Sequence record: OR896832.1
Source of the DNA: Escherichia phage GoldenSnicker
Strand: one strand, 5' to 3'
DNA length: 64,000 nucleotides
The position numbers and the translations under genes are program-made. Of the stretch, positions 54,705 to 62,077 are shown one piece after another (positions within the stretch are counted from its first letter, which is position 1; each line of letters begins with the position of its first letter). The notes under the pieces were generated by a model. It was not told the DNA's origin and searched no databases. It saw nothing but the letters and a program-made list of their open reading frames with translations.

Positions 54705-55013
54705 TTATTTCACGTTAACGCCGTCATCAATCCAGCCGACGCTATTTGGTTTAACAGTTTTACCATAGGATGCATACTTAATCAAGCATGGTTTAACATC
54801 GTTATCAAATCTTCCTAAGCGTACTCCAAAGTCAGGAATATCCATGTAAGCGGCTTTATATCCCCATGTACCATATTCAGAATCAATCTCAACCGGACGG
54901 CCTTTAAAAGCATACACTACACCGTGACGGTCAACGATAACATAGCAATAGCCAGCCGGAAGATACACAGTTTCACCGTAAACTTTAACTGGAGTAGCAG
55001 AAGAGATAAACAT
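54705..55013 (-). CDS. hypothetical protein (102 aa)
   Basis: Start at ATG after GAGGATTATATT leader; downstream of promoter 55048..55076. Confidence 0.5.
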   Translation of the reverse strand: MFISSATPVKVYGETVYLPAGYCYVIVDRHGVVYAFKGRPVEIDSEYGTWGYKAAYMDIPDFGVRLGRFDNDVKPCLIKYASYGKTVKPNSVGWIDDGVNVK

Positions 55014-55047
55014 AATATAATCCTCACATCGTTCATTTGATGCGGTC

Positions 55048-55076
55048 ATTATATGATAACCGCATTTTCATGTCAA
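55048..55076 (-). promoter_or_regulatory. sigma70-type promoter (TTGACA-17-TATAAT)
   Basis: Minus-strand TTGACATGAAAATGCGGTTATCATATAAT. Confidence 0.6.
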
Positions 55077-55082
55077 CAGTTT

Positions 55083-55391
55083 TTAAAAATCTTCTTCCGG
55101 TTTATATCGACCGTCGTCTTCTTGTTTTGGAGTAAATCCTTTATGCGTGCGCGGCTTCGCTTCCGGTTTCCCCGCGATCGATAGTCCAAGCCATTTAAGA
55201 AGTTTGTATGAGTAAGCGATGATCACAACTACCCACGTTAAAGGCCATACAATAGAACAAATGGCATATGCTCCAGTATCGACCTCTTTGGTGTCCTTAT
55301 CGAATCTGGCATACAAGCAAATTATAAGATAGGTGATCATTGCACCAGTAGGCCAGATATAAAGAACATTAACAATATCTTGTGTTGTCAC
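55083..55391 (-). CDS. hypothetical membrane protein (~102 aa, start uncertain)
   Basis: Track ORF trimmed to GTG preceded by GGAGGA directly after upstream stop; two hydrophobic segments. Confidence 0.4.
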   Translation of the reverse strand: MTTQDIVNVLYIWPTGAMITYLIICLYARFDKDTKEVDTGAYAICSIVWPLTWVVVIIAYSYKLLKWLGLSIAGKPEAKPRTHKGFTPKQEDDGRYKPEEDF

Positions 55392-55401
55392 GTTATCCTC
55401 C

Positions 55402-55680
55402 TTACATGTCTTGCAGTGCATAAAAGCATTTTTCTTCGTAGTCATAGAAAATGTCAAAGTATGCTTTTTCTACATACTCGCCATTGATCCAAGCGGCAGT
55501 AACAATCAGAGTGGTCCAGTTAGAACCGCTCTCAACCGTGAAGGTTTTAATACCCAGCTTCGCTGCCAAGTCGAACGCAAACCGGACGCAACCACGGCAG
55601 GAAGTGATATTGGAAGTTTTGATTTTAAAGCCACCGCGAGTTTTAGAAATTTCTACTTTAGCGAAAGACAGGTTGCTCAT
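55402..55680 (-). CDS. hypothetical protein (92 aa)
   Basis: Start at ATG after AAGGAGAATCAAA; downstream of promoter 55723..55751. Confidence 0.5.
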   Translation of the reverse strand: MSNLSFAKVEISKTRGGFKIKTSNITSCRGCVRFAFDLAAKLGIKTFTVESGSNWTTLIVTAAWINGEYVEKAYFDIFYDYEEKCFYALQDM

Positions 55681-55722
55681 TTTGATTCTCCTTAAGAAAG
55701 TGTGTTTCGTTTTGATGTGTGT

Positions 55723-55751
55723 AGTATAGGGGATCACCGATCCCCTGTCAA
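55723..55751 (-). promoter_or_regulatory. sigma70-type promoter (TTGACA-17-TATACT) with palindromic GATC-containing spacer
   Basis: Minus-strand TTGACAGGGGATCGGTGATCCCCTATACT. Confidence 0.7.
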
Positions 55752-55759
55752 CAACTTTT

Positions 55760-56023
55760 TTATGATTTTAGTGAATTAACTACTACATCAAAATGATGTA
55801 CAGAGTACACCTTATTAAACACATACTCATCGTGTTTAGGAATAGCCCCTAATCGCTCTATTTCGCTCGCTAACACGATAAACTGTTTATCCGGTGCATT
55901 TACCTTATATGCTTCAACAACGCACGGGAAACGCGTTTCAGAGAGTTCTGGATAGTTTTCTGAATCCATCAGGACAATGAATACCCTGTTACATTGATTG
56001 TAGAATCCTGTTTTTGATTTCAT
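55760..56023 (-). CDS. hypothetical protein (start uncertain; overlaps upstream ORF)
   Basis: Track ORF 55760..56089 overlaps 55989..56330 by ~100 nt in another frame; trimmed to internal ATG. Confidence 0.35.
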   Translation of the reverse strand: MKSKTGFYNQCNRVFIVLMDSENYPELSETRFPCVVEAYKVNAPDKQFIVLASEIERLGAIPKHDEYVFNKVYSVHHFDVVVNSLKS

Positions 56024-56330
56024 CAAGTTTTCTTCTCTGTACAATTCGTGAAATCTTCCTTTCATGATTTCGTTGGTTCTTGTCTTCACAGTTTACCCAC
56101 TCAACAAGATCTTTACCTAACTCGAAAGCCCATTCTCGGTCTTGCTTTACGTTTTGTAGGTATGGACTTTCTGACACTCTACGAAGTGATGTTGTCGTAA
56201 CAAGAATGATCCCAGGAATGGTCGGATGTTCCTTTCCATATACAATAGGACGCGAGTCACTATCAATACCTTGTAAGAAGGTGTATCCTGAATCACTTAG
56301 AATCATATACTTTTTCATTTCACACATCAC
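55989..56330 (-). CDS. hypothetical protein (113 aa)
   Basis: Track ORF. Confidence 0.45.
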   Translation of the reverse strand: MMCEMKKYMILSDSGYTFLQGIDSDSRPIVYGKEHPTIPGIILVTTTSLRRVSESPYLQNVKQDREWAFELGKDLVEWVNCEDKNQRNHERKISRIVQRRKLDEIKNRILQSM

Positions 56331-56584
56331 AGTTTCCTCAACCAGTTATTCAAGCGAGTAAACCATGATGCTTTTCGTGCTTCTTTTACTTTATGTGCAC
56401 GTAAACCACTGAAACACCATTCATAATCATCACTGAAACATGATTCAACAGGAACACCCGCATTTCGTAGTTCTCTGGTCGTTATCATGAATCCTTGACA
56501 TAATGGGCGACCTTCAACAATGATAGGAAGTTTAACTTTTTCCATGAAAGTATACCCAGCACGGTCAATAATTTCAATCTTCAT
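56327..56584 (-). CDS. hypothetical protein (85 aa), KIEIID paralog
   Basis: MKIEIIDRAGYTFMEKVKLPIIVEGR.. near-duplicate of 56603..56800 N-terminus. Confidence 0.5.
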   Translation of the reverse strand: MKIEIIDRAGYTFMEKVKLPIIVEGRPLCQGFMITTRELRNAGVPVESCFSDDYEWCFSGLRAHKVKEARKASWFTRLNNWLRKL

Positions 56585-56602
56585 AATATAATCCTCAATT
56601 AG

Positions 56603-56800
56603 TTATACCGCCCAGGCTTCATTTGCACGAAAACACCATTCATACTCAGGAAAATAACCTTTAATTGGTACGCCAGCTTTTTGTAGTTCCTGCGTTTCTA
56701 CAAGATAATCAAGCCCATATCGACGACCTTCCACGATGATAGGAAGTTTAACGCCATTCATGAAAGAAAATCCACCGTCATCAATAATTTCAATTTTCAT
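56603..56800 (-). CDS. hypothetical protein (65 aa), KIEIID paralog
   Basis: MKIEIIDDGGFSFMNGVKLPIIVEGR.. Confidence 0.5.
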   Translation of the reverse strand: MKIEIIDDGGFSFMNGVKLPIIVEGRRYGLDYLVETQELQKAGVPIKGYFPEYEWCFRANEAWAV

Positions 56801-57044
56801 TTACATTATCTCCATAGATCTTTCCAGCAATATCAATTTCACCAGCGCGAACATCTAGGATAAGATGCGGTAGGTGTATGCAGTTTTCCCACCCTACGCG
56901 CTTCATTTCTGAAACAGTGACGTAAGCCCACCCGTTCGCTGTAATAAAGTCTACTTCAACCTTGAGAGGAAAGCAAGACTTTTCTATGTCTTCGAATCCG
57001 ACAATGTGTTTTGTCGTTGAATATGGAATATATCCGGTGATCAT
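56790..57044 (-). CDS. hypothetical protein (84 aa)
   Basis: Track ORF. Confidence 0.45.
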   Translation of the reverse strand: MITGYIPYSTTKHIVGFEDIEKSCFPLKVEVDFITANGWAYVTVSEMKRVGWENCIHLPHLILDVRAGEIDIAGKIYGDNVNEN

Positions 57045-57475
57045 TTTGTGATCTCCTTATACTCAACACACCATAAGCGGGTAGCCCATGATAAACGCTC
57101 ATAACGCTGGCAGAAATCGGACCATAGATATTGTGTACCGTCTTGCATGGTTGAAATATGCGTTTTCTCACCTACTTTCACGAAAGAAGTATTCGATTTT
57201 GTGATCTCGACCGGAGTATATCCGAAAGCGGGTTCCAAGTCAACATCTGAACTAAATGCCAGTTTAACAGAATTTGTTTTTCTGACCGCTGTCCGGTTTC
57301 CTTCTGGGTACAGCACAGCAGGTTTAGCGCCTAAGCGGATAAACTCAGCATTTTTAATGAACAGAATATCATGATAACCGTCATATTCCGACACTTCCAT
57401 AGTAACAGGAAAATCGATATGTGCTAAACCTGGTAGATCTCGCATATCATGAAATGTAGCCATAATCTTTTTCAT
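57041..57475 (-). CDS. hypothetical protein (144 aa)
   Basis: Start at ATG after GAGGAATATAGA RBS. Confidence 0.5.
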   Translation of the reverse strand: MKKIMATFHDMRDLPGLAHIDFPVTMEVSEYDGYHDILFIKNAEFIRLGAKPAVLYPEGNRTAVRKTNSVKLAFSSDVDLEPAFGYTPVEITKSNTSFVKVGEKTHISTMQDGTQYLWSDFCQRYERLSWATRLWCVEYKEITK

Positions 57476-57485
57476 TCTATATTCC

Positions 57486-57683
57486 TCACTCTTCTGTTTC
57501 ATTTCTTTTATATGGTACTATAACAGGATTAATACAGCAAGCACCAATTACGTTATGAGCACCACAATTTAAACATTTATAGTCATGGAACTTATTAAGG
57601 AATCGACCAAACTCATAGCCGACTAACGCCGCATGTACTTGAGTCTCGATCTCATCCATATCAGCCAATGTTTTAACCTTCAT
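57486..57683 (-). CDS. small zinc-ribbon-like protein (65 aa)
   Basis: Start at ATG after GAGGATTATATT; CLNCG..GACC cysteines. Confidence 0.45.
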   Translation of the reverse strand: MKVKTLADMDEIETQVHAALVGYEFGRFLNKFHDYKCLNCGAHNVIGACCINPVIVPYKRNETEE

Positions 57684-57693
57684 AATATAATCC

Positions 57694-57984
57694 TCAAATT
57701 GTAGTTTTGCGAAGATGGTCATTACATGCTTTTAATGCATCGGTCGCGGTGTCATAGCGAGTATTATCATAGCACCAATAACCATCTGTCAACTGATAAA
57801 TTAATCCATCCTTTTTAGCTTCAATGAAAGACAATTCTTTGAAAGTTTCTACTTTCTTTGCTGATACTCCACGGTCACGGCGCTTATAGAGTTTAGCCAA
57901 AATGCGTTCAGCTTGTTCCTCTTTATCACCAGACAGATCCCAGATGATGTTTCGGATATGCTTGATTAATTGTTCAGTGGTCAT
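57694..57984 (-). CDS. hypothetical protein (96 aa)
   Basis: Track ORF; AAGGAGAATCAAAG leader; downstream of promoter 58014..58041. Confidence 0.55.
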   Translation of the reverse strand: MTTEQLIKHIRNIIWDLSGDKEEQAERILAKLYKRRDRGVSAKKVETFKELSFIEAKKDGLIYQLTDGYWCYDNTRYDTATDALKACNDHLRKTTI

Positions 57985-58013
57985 CTTTGATTCTCCTTAG
58001 TTGGTATGCGTGC

Positions 58014-58041
58014 ATTATAGCATTGTGATTATCTTTGTCAA
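58014..58041 (-). promoter_or_regulatory. sigma70-type promoter (TTGACA-16-TATAAT)
   Basis: Minus-strand TTGACAAAGATAATCACAATGCTATAAT right after terminator 58052..58079. Confidence 0.6.
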
Positions 58042-58051
58042 CACACAAAAA

Positions 58052-58079
58052 CAAAAAAGGCTACCCCGAAGGATAGCCC
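58052..58079 (-). terminator. rho-independent terminator after gp38-like gene
   Basis: Minus-strand GGGCTATCCTTCGGGGTAGCCTTTTTTGTTTTTG. Confidence 0.7.
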
Positions 58080-58085
58080 ATAAAA

Positions 58086-58865
58086 TTACACGCGAGCACC
58101 GTAGATCGTGCCTACTTTATCCCAGCGAGGGGCATTGCCAGTAACAGCCTTACCAGCCGCTCCGCCATTATATTCCGATCCCTGTCCACGGATATTACAT
58201 TTACCACCAGCGCCACCAGCATCACCACCGTTACCGCCATTATATACACCGTTGACAGACCCTTTACCTGGAGCGGAAATAGTACCAGCAGTAGCACCCT
58301 GTTCCATATTAGCAGACCCACCAGCAGCGCCAAATGGACGACCGCCGCCACCTCCAAAAGTCAATTTCATTTGTGGAAAAGGAGACCAGTATCCTCCGCC
58401 ACCACCGCCACCGCCACCGCAAATAGCGCCGTTATTTGTGATGCGTAAGCGTGTGCCTATACCGTTGTTAATTGCATTACCACCAGCACCACCAGCGGAG
58501 TTATTGCCACCATTACCACCACGCCCCCAAACATGAACACCTGCATTAATGATCAATGTTACATATTCGTTTGTTAACGAGCTAGGGAAGTCAAGACAAG
58601 GAACGCCAGTAGATTGGGAAACAATATTACCCGTGATAGTAATTACTACAGGAGTAGATCCTTGTGCTTTCATCCAGTTAATAAGAGTGTCTTTATTGTA
58701 AGAGTTACTAGCACCAATGCTATAATGAATCTCTTTAGAGCGTCCGACCATCGCGGACATATACGCCGGACGACCTAAGCGAACAGCTTGCATTGCGGCG
58801 CTCATCCACCGTTGACCAGTCTCGGACACAGCAGATGATCCTACCCATCCAGAAGATATTGCCAT
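58086..58865 (-). CDS. 38: gp38-like glycine-rich receptor-binding adhesin (T2/T6 type)
   Basis: 259 aa; N-terminus MAISSGWVGSSAVSETGQRWMS.. and glycine-rich motifs (GRGGNGG, GGGGGGGGG, GGGGGRPFG, GGNGGDAGGAGG) ending ..TIYGARV, matching recalled T2 gp38 architecture; RBS GAGGAAATTTT. Confidence 0.7.
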   Translation of the reverse strand: MAISSGWVGSSAVSETGQRWMSAAMQAVRLGRPAYMSAMVGRSKEIHYSIGASNSYNKDTLINWMKAQGSTPVVITITGNIVSQSTGVPCLDFPSSLTNEYVTLIINAGVHVWGRGGNGGNNSAGGAGGNAINNGIGTRLRITNNGAICGGGGGGGGGYWSPFPQMKLTFGGGGGRPFGAAGGSANMEQGATAGTISAPGKGSVNGVYNGGNGGDAGGAGGKCNIRGQGSEYNGGAAGKAVTGNAPRWDKVGTIYGARV

Positions 58866-58878
58866 AAAATTTCCTCAC

Positions 58879-58901
58879 AAGAAAAGCCCCATTTAAGGGG
58901 C
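58879..58901 (-). terminator. rho-independent terminator immediately upstream of gp38-like gene
   Basis: Minus-strand GCCCCTTAAATGGGGCTTTTCTTG after stop of 58920..59141. Confidence 0.65.
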
Positions 58902-58919
58902 ATTGATTGATAATATTAC

Positions 58920-59141
58920 TTAGATGATCTCTGCTTCACCATTCAGGAAGAAAGACCATGTTTTGTTAGGATAGCGAAGCGCCCATGATTCAGCGGTTTT
59001 AACACCAGCTTCGAACAATTGACGGCTGGTTACTTTAGCCATACCATCTTCGATGGCAACGTTTTCAATAATCATCGGGTACTTAGCGCCACGCATGAAA
59101 CCGAAGCCAGCGGAAGATTTGATAATTTTAACCGTTGCCAT
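58920..59141 (-). CDS. hypothetical protein (73 aa), distant KIEIID-family relative
   Basis: MATVKIIKSSAGFGFMRGAKYPMIIENV.. ; AGGAGAATCAAAA leader; downstream of promoter 59183..59211. Confidence 0.5.
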   Translation of the reverse strand: MATVKIIKSSAGFGFMRGAKYPMIIENVAIEDGMAKVTSRQLFEAGVKTAESWALRYPNKTWSFFLNGEAEII

Positions 59142-59182
59142 TTTTGATTCTCCTAGAAAGTGTATCTCGTTTCGATGTGTGT

Positions 59183-59211
59183 ATTATGCAATAACACCGG
59201 ATCGCTGTCAA
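59183..59211 (-). promoter_or_regulatory. sigma70-type promoter (TTGACA-17-CATAAT)
   Basis: Minus-strand TTGACAGCGATCCGGTGTTATTGCATAAT. Confidence 0.55.
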
Positions 59212-59230
59212 CACTTTCTAAGAAAAATTT

Positions 59231-59515
59231 TTAAACTAATCGAATATAGCCCAGAATTTCAGCACCTTTAGCCAGTCCTAAAACTTCCCATTCAAGGTCT
59301 CCATAGTCATAATTTGCAACCATCAACTGACCATTTTTCATGCAGCAATCATGAGAGAAAATTTGCCCCGCATAAACTACGATAGTGATAAACTTTCCTG
59401 ATTCTGGCGGTGTGGAAGACAAAGCGACCATATGACCATTCAGCTTAGTCACCAGTGATGGAACAATAAAATTCGGGCTTACCTTAATACCGTTAAATTC
59501 GTTTGTGTCTTTCAT
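59231..59515 (-). CDS. hypothetical protein (94 aa)
   Basis: Track ORF. Confidence 0.5.
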   Translation of the reverse strand: MKDTNEFNGIKVSPNFIVPSLVTKLNGHMVALSSTPPESGKFITIVVYAGQIFSHDCCMKNGQLMVANYDYGDLEWEVLGLAKGAEILGYIRLV

Positions 59516-59862
59516 GCCAGACCTCGCAAAACACTAATAGCATAATCATGCTGGTTATTCATAATATCAATTGCATTGTGATAACGAGCTAAACCATCAA
59601 GGATAAATTCTTGTTTATCTTGTTTCAGTTTGGTATCACGCGCAGCCATAAGAGCATCAAGAACAGGTCCAAAGTGATTATCTAATTCATCTTCGGTTGC
59701 AATGTTTCCTATTGCCTCGTCGATCCGTGATTCTAATGCTTGCTTTTCGTTGATCACTTGCTGGGTATATTCCAACACATCAAGAATATCGCGGGTAACG
59801 TCGCCATGATAAGGTATTCCCGCATGAAGATGATCAATTAGTCGTTGAATGTCAATGTTCAT
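59512..59862 (-). CDS. hypothetical protein (116 aa)
   Basis: Track ORF. Confidence 0.5.
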   Translation of the reverse strand: MNIDIQRLIDHLHAGIPYHGDVTRDILDVLEYTQQVINEKQALESRIDEAIGNIATEDELDNHFGPVLDALMAARDTKLKQDKQEFILDGLARYHNAIDIMNNQHDYAISVLRGLA

Positions 59863-60197
59863 TTGTAACCCTCCTCTGAAAGCACATCCCAGATCGTTGA
59901 GTCAAGGTGCATTAAATTCCACATAATAGAGTCATAACTACCGAAGCCAGAAGTAAAAATTACATCACACTGGCGATAGGTCTTATGAAAATCGGTGGCT
60001 GTCTCTGCATCAATAGGCATATCGTCACCGGAAAGCACCAGACATTTAAGAATCATAACTCTGTTAGCCGTTGGCGCTTGCTTAGTCTTTTCAGCATATT
60101 TTTCGATGATCCGTTTTGCCTTTTCTTCTTTGATACGTCCAGACCAAATCCGGTTTCTATATTGATTCATAATAATTTCAATCACATCATTTTGCAT
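59859..60197 (-). CDS. hypothetical protein (112 aa)
   Basis: Track ORF. Confidence 0.5.
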   Translation of the reverse strand: MQNDVIEIIMNQYRNRIWSGRIKEEKAKRIIEKYAEKTKQAPTANRVMILKCLVLSGDDMPIDAETATDFHKTYRQCDVIFTSGFGSYDSIMWNLMHLDSTIWDVLSEEGYK

Positions 60198-60396
60198 TCT
60201 TCACGGTCTCCATAATTGTTTTGTAAGCCAGTTTAAGATGATCACCGAAAAACTTTGCGGTGTTACCCTTCGGATCGCGGAGCATGGTTTCTACGATCTC
60301 ATCGGCAGTAACAATTTCTCCTTTCTTTGCTGCATGTTCTACCATATACTTCAAAGTTTCTTCGGAAGCAAGTGCTGCGGCTACTGGATTAATCAT
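60187..60396 (-). CDS. hypothetical protein (69 aa)
   Basis: Track ORF; AAGGAGAATCAAA leader; downstream of promoter 60426..60454. Confidence 0.5.
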   Translation of the reverse strand: MINPVAAALASEETLKYMVEHAAKKGEIVTADEIVETMLRDPKGNTAKFFGDHLKLAYKTIMETVKNAK

Positions 60397-60425
60397 TTTG
60401 ATTCTCCTTTGTTGTCGATGTGTGC

Positions 60426-60454
60426 ATTATGCTATACCCTATTCCGGTTGTCAA
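60426..60454 (-). promoter_or_regulatory. sigma70-type promoter (TTGACA-17-CATAAT)
   Basis: Minus-strand TTGACAACCGGAATAGGGTATAGCATAAT just after terminator 60461..60496. Confidence 0.55.
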
Positions 60455-60460
60455 CACCTA

Positions 60461-60496
60461 AAAACGAAAAAGCCACCCTTTCGGATGGCTTTTTGA
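60461..60496. terminator. rho-independent terminator (symmetric A-run/T-run)
   Basis: AAAAACGAAAAAGCCACCCTTTCGGATGGCTTTTTG; ~230 nt downstream of stop of 60725..61123. Confidence 0.7.
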
Positions 60497-60724
60497 TTAT
60501 ATTTTATTCACGTCCATTTGTATAGTAGTGTTTGAATCGACCTTTGCTAAACTAGTTAAACATAGTAACCAATTCACCATCCCTTTCCAATGATAACACT
60601 TCCTCGTCTTAGACGGGTCTTCCGATTCGGCAGTAATTGAACACGCGAAAGTATGAGGAAGCCAAATAGTTGTGTTAATGCTAGTATTCTTTTACTTCTG
60701 GTATGCATCCCACGGTGACTAACA

Positions 60725-61123
60725 TTAAGACAGTCGAGTGAGTTTATAAATTGTTTTAAAACATAGAGCTTTGATATCGTCTAAAACGCTCTGTAACGAG
60801 CTATCAACATCATTATAAATCTCACTAGCCATTTGCGTTAACTCTTGCAAATAGGCAATTTCGCTAATCTCCTTGCGGACGACCAACGTTGGCTGATAAC
60901 GACCAGTGATCCCAATATTGGTTTCAGTGAAATCATCAACCAATTCTTGCATTTCAAGATAGAACTCTTCTAGAGCCTTATGTTTTGCATAAGATCCAGG
61001 ACCAGTTACCCCAAAATGCGCAGAATGCATATAAGTAACACTCATCAGACATTCACCGATAAAGCGGTCAACTTTATTAGCTTTCCCCTCTTCGGACGTC
61101 TTTCGAAAATCACTGAATTTCAT
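60725..61123 (-). CDS. Dps/ferritin-like four-helix-bundle protein (132 aa)
   Basis: Start at MKFSDFRK after GGAGAATCGAGAAC; ..YMHSAHFGVTGPGSYAKHKALEEFY..ELVDDFTE.. resembles Dps signature H..W..G..F..H..EE. Confidence 0.45.
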   Translation of the reverse strand: MKFSDFRKTSEEGKANKVDRFIGECLMSVTYMHSAHFGVTGPGSYAKHKALEEFYLEMQELVDDFTETNIGITGRYQPTLVVRKEISEIAYLQELTQMASEIYNDVDSSLQSVLDDIKALCFKTIYKLTRLS

Positions 61124-61412
61124 GTTCTCGATTCTCCATATTATGCAACATAACAAACTGTTGTGCGGCATATTCCCCCATAATAAAACACTGCTTAGAA
61201 TCCATACATTTACTACGAGCATACATCTTCATAATATGGGCATGAAATTTCTGGCTGGTTTCAATGGAAGGAGATATTTTGTTTACATATACTATCATTG
61301 CACCGTCGAAATAATCAGTAAAATCACCAGTTGGATCATATTGATCAGCACTGACACTTCCGACCGCAGTCAAGCATATTGCCGCTGTTAGAGTTTTACG
61401 AATAAATGACAT
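61110..61412 (-). CDS. secreted/periplasmic protein (100 aa)
   Basis: Signal peptide MSFIRKTLTAAICLTAVGSVSA; TATAAATA late-promoter-like motif ~33 nt upstream. Confidence 0.5.
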   Translation of the reverse strand: MSFIRKTLTAAICLTAVGSVSADQYDPTGDFTDYFDGAMIVYVNKISPSIETSQKFHAHIMKMYARSKCMDSKQCFIMGEYAAQQFVMLHNMENREHEIQ

Positions 61413-61445
61413 AAGTCATTCCCCCAGATTAAAAATATTCAGTTA

Positions 61446-61453
61446 TATTTATA
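61446..61453 (-). promoter_or_regulatory. T4 late-promoter-like TATAAATA box
   Basis: Minus-strand TATAAATA (plus tatttata) 33 nt upstream of ATG at 61412. Confidence 0.4.
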
Positions 61454-61480
61454 ATCTGGGGCTTTATTTATGATTAACTC

Positions 61481-62077
61481 TTATTTGGTAGTACCGTCAA
61501 TAAAATGTTTACGGCACACAGAGACATATTTATCCTCTGCACCAACTTCTATTTGAGCACCATCGCGAATAACATTACCCTCTTTATCTACACGAAGGAC
61601 CATTGTTGCTTTCTTGCCACAATGACAAATACCCTTCATTTCGACCAGTTTATCAGCAAATGCCATTAATGCCGCAGATCCTTCAAATAGATTGCCCTGA
61701 AAGTCGGTGCGAAGGCCATAGCACAGTACAGGGATATTTGCATCATCGACAAGCGCACACAAGCCTAAAACATGCTCTTTAGTCATAAATTGGGCTTCAT
61801 CTACAAATACAGCATCAGGACGCCATCGATCCGGTCTACGCTTACCTAACGATTCACGATAAACCAAATCGAAAAGATCATCCGATTTAGTGAAGGTGAT
61901 CGCTGGAGCACTTAGACCAATTCGGGAAACAACTTCACTTTCTGAATCTCGATTATCAATCGCTGGCTTAAGAATTAATACTCGCATATCACGTTCGGTA
62001 TAGTTATAAGCACTTTGTAACAGAGAAGTTGATTTGCCAGCGTTCATAGATGCATAGTAGAAATATAGTTGCGCCAT
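61481..62077 (-). CDS. tk: thymidine kinase
   Basis: 198 aa; Walker A MNAGKST, C-terminal CHCGKKA zinc ribbon; size as T4 Tk. Confidence 0.88.
   Translation of the reverse strand: MAQLYFYYASMNAGKSTSLLQSAYNYTERDMRVLILKPAIDNRDSESEVVSRIGLSAPAITFTKSDDLFDLVYRESLGKRRPDRWRPDAVFVDEAQFMTKEHVLGLCALVDDANIPVLCYGLRTDFQGNLFEGSAALMAFADKLVEMKGICHCGKKATMVLRVDKEGNVIRDGAQIEVGAEDKYVSVCRKHFIDGTTK

Noticed and set aside
55083-55457. Full-length track ORF (124 aa) as the membrane protein CDS
   Set aside because: The first 22 codons overlap the upstream gene; a GTG with GGAGGA RBS just after the upstream stop is more plausible, though still uncertain
58108-58536. Plus-strand 142-aa proline-rich ORF
   Set aside because: It is the antisense reading of the Gly-rich (GGN codon) gp38-like gene, and no other gene in this region runs on the plus strand
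60497-60724. Possible tRNA or small ORF in the long untranslated tail
   Set aside because: No GTTCGANTC-like T-arm or cloverleaf found by eye; candidate ORFs of 26-45 aa lack RBSs; kept only as an unexplained non-coding segment
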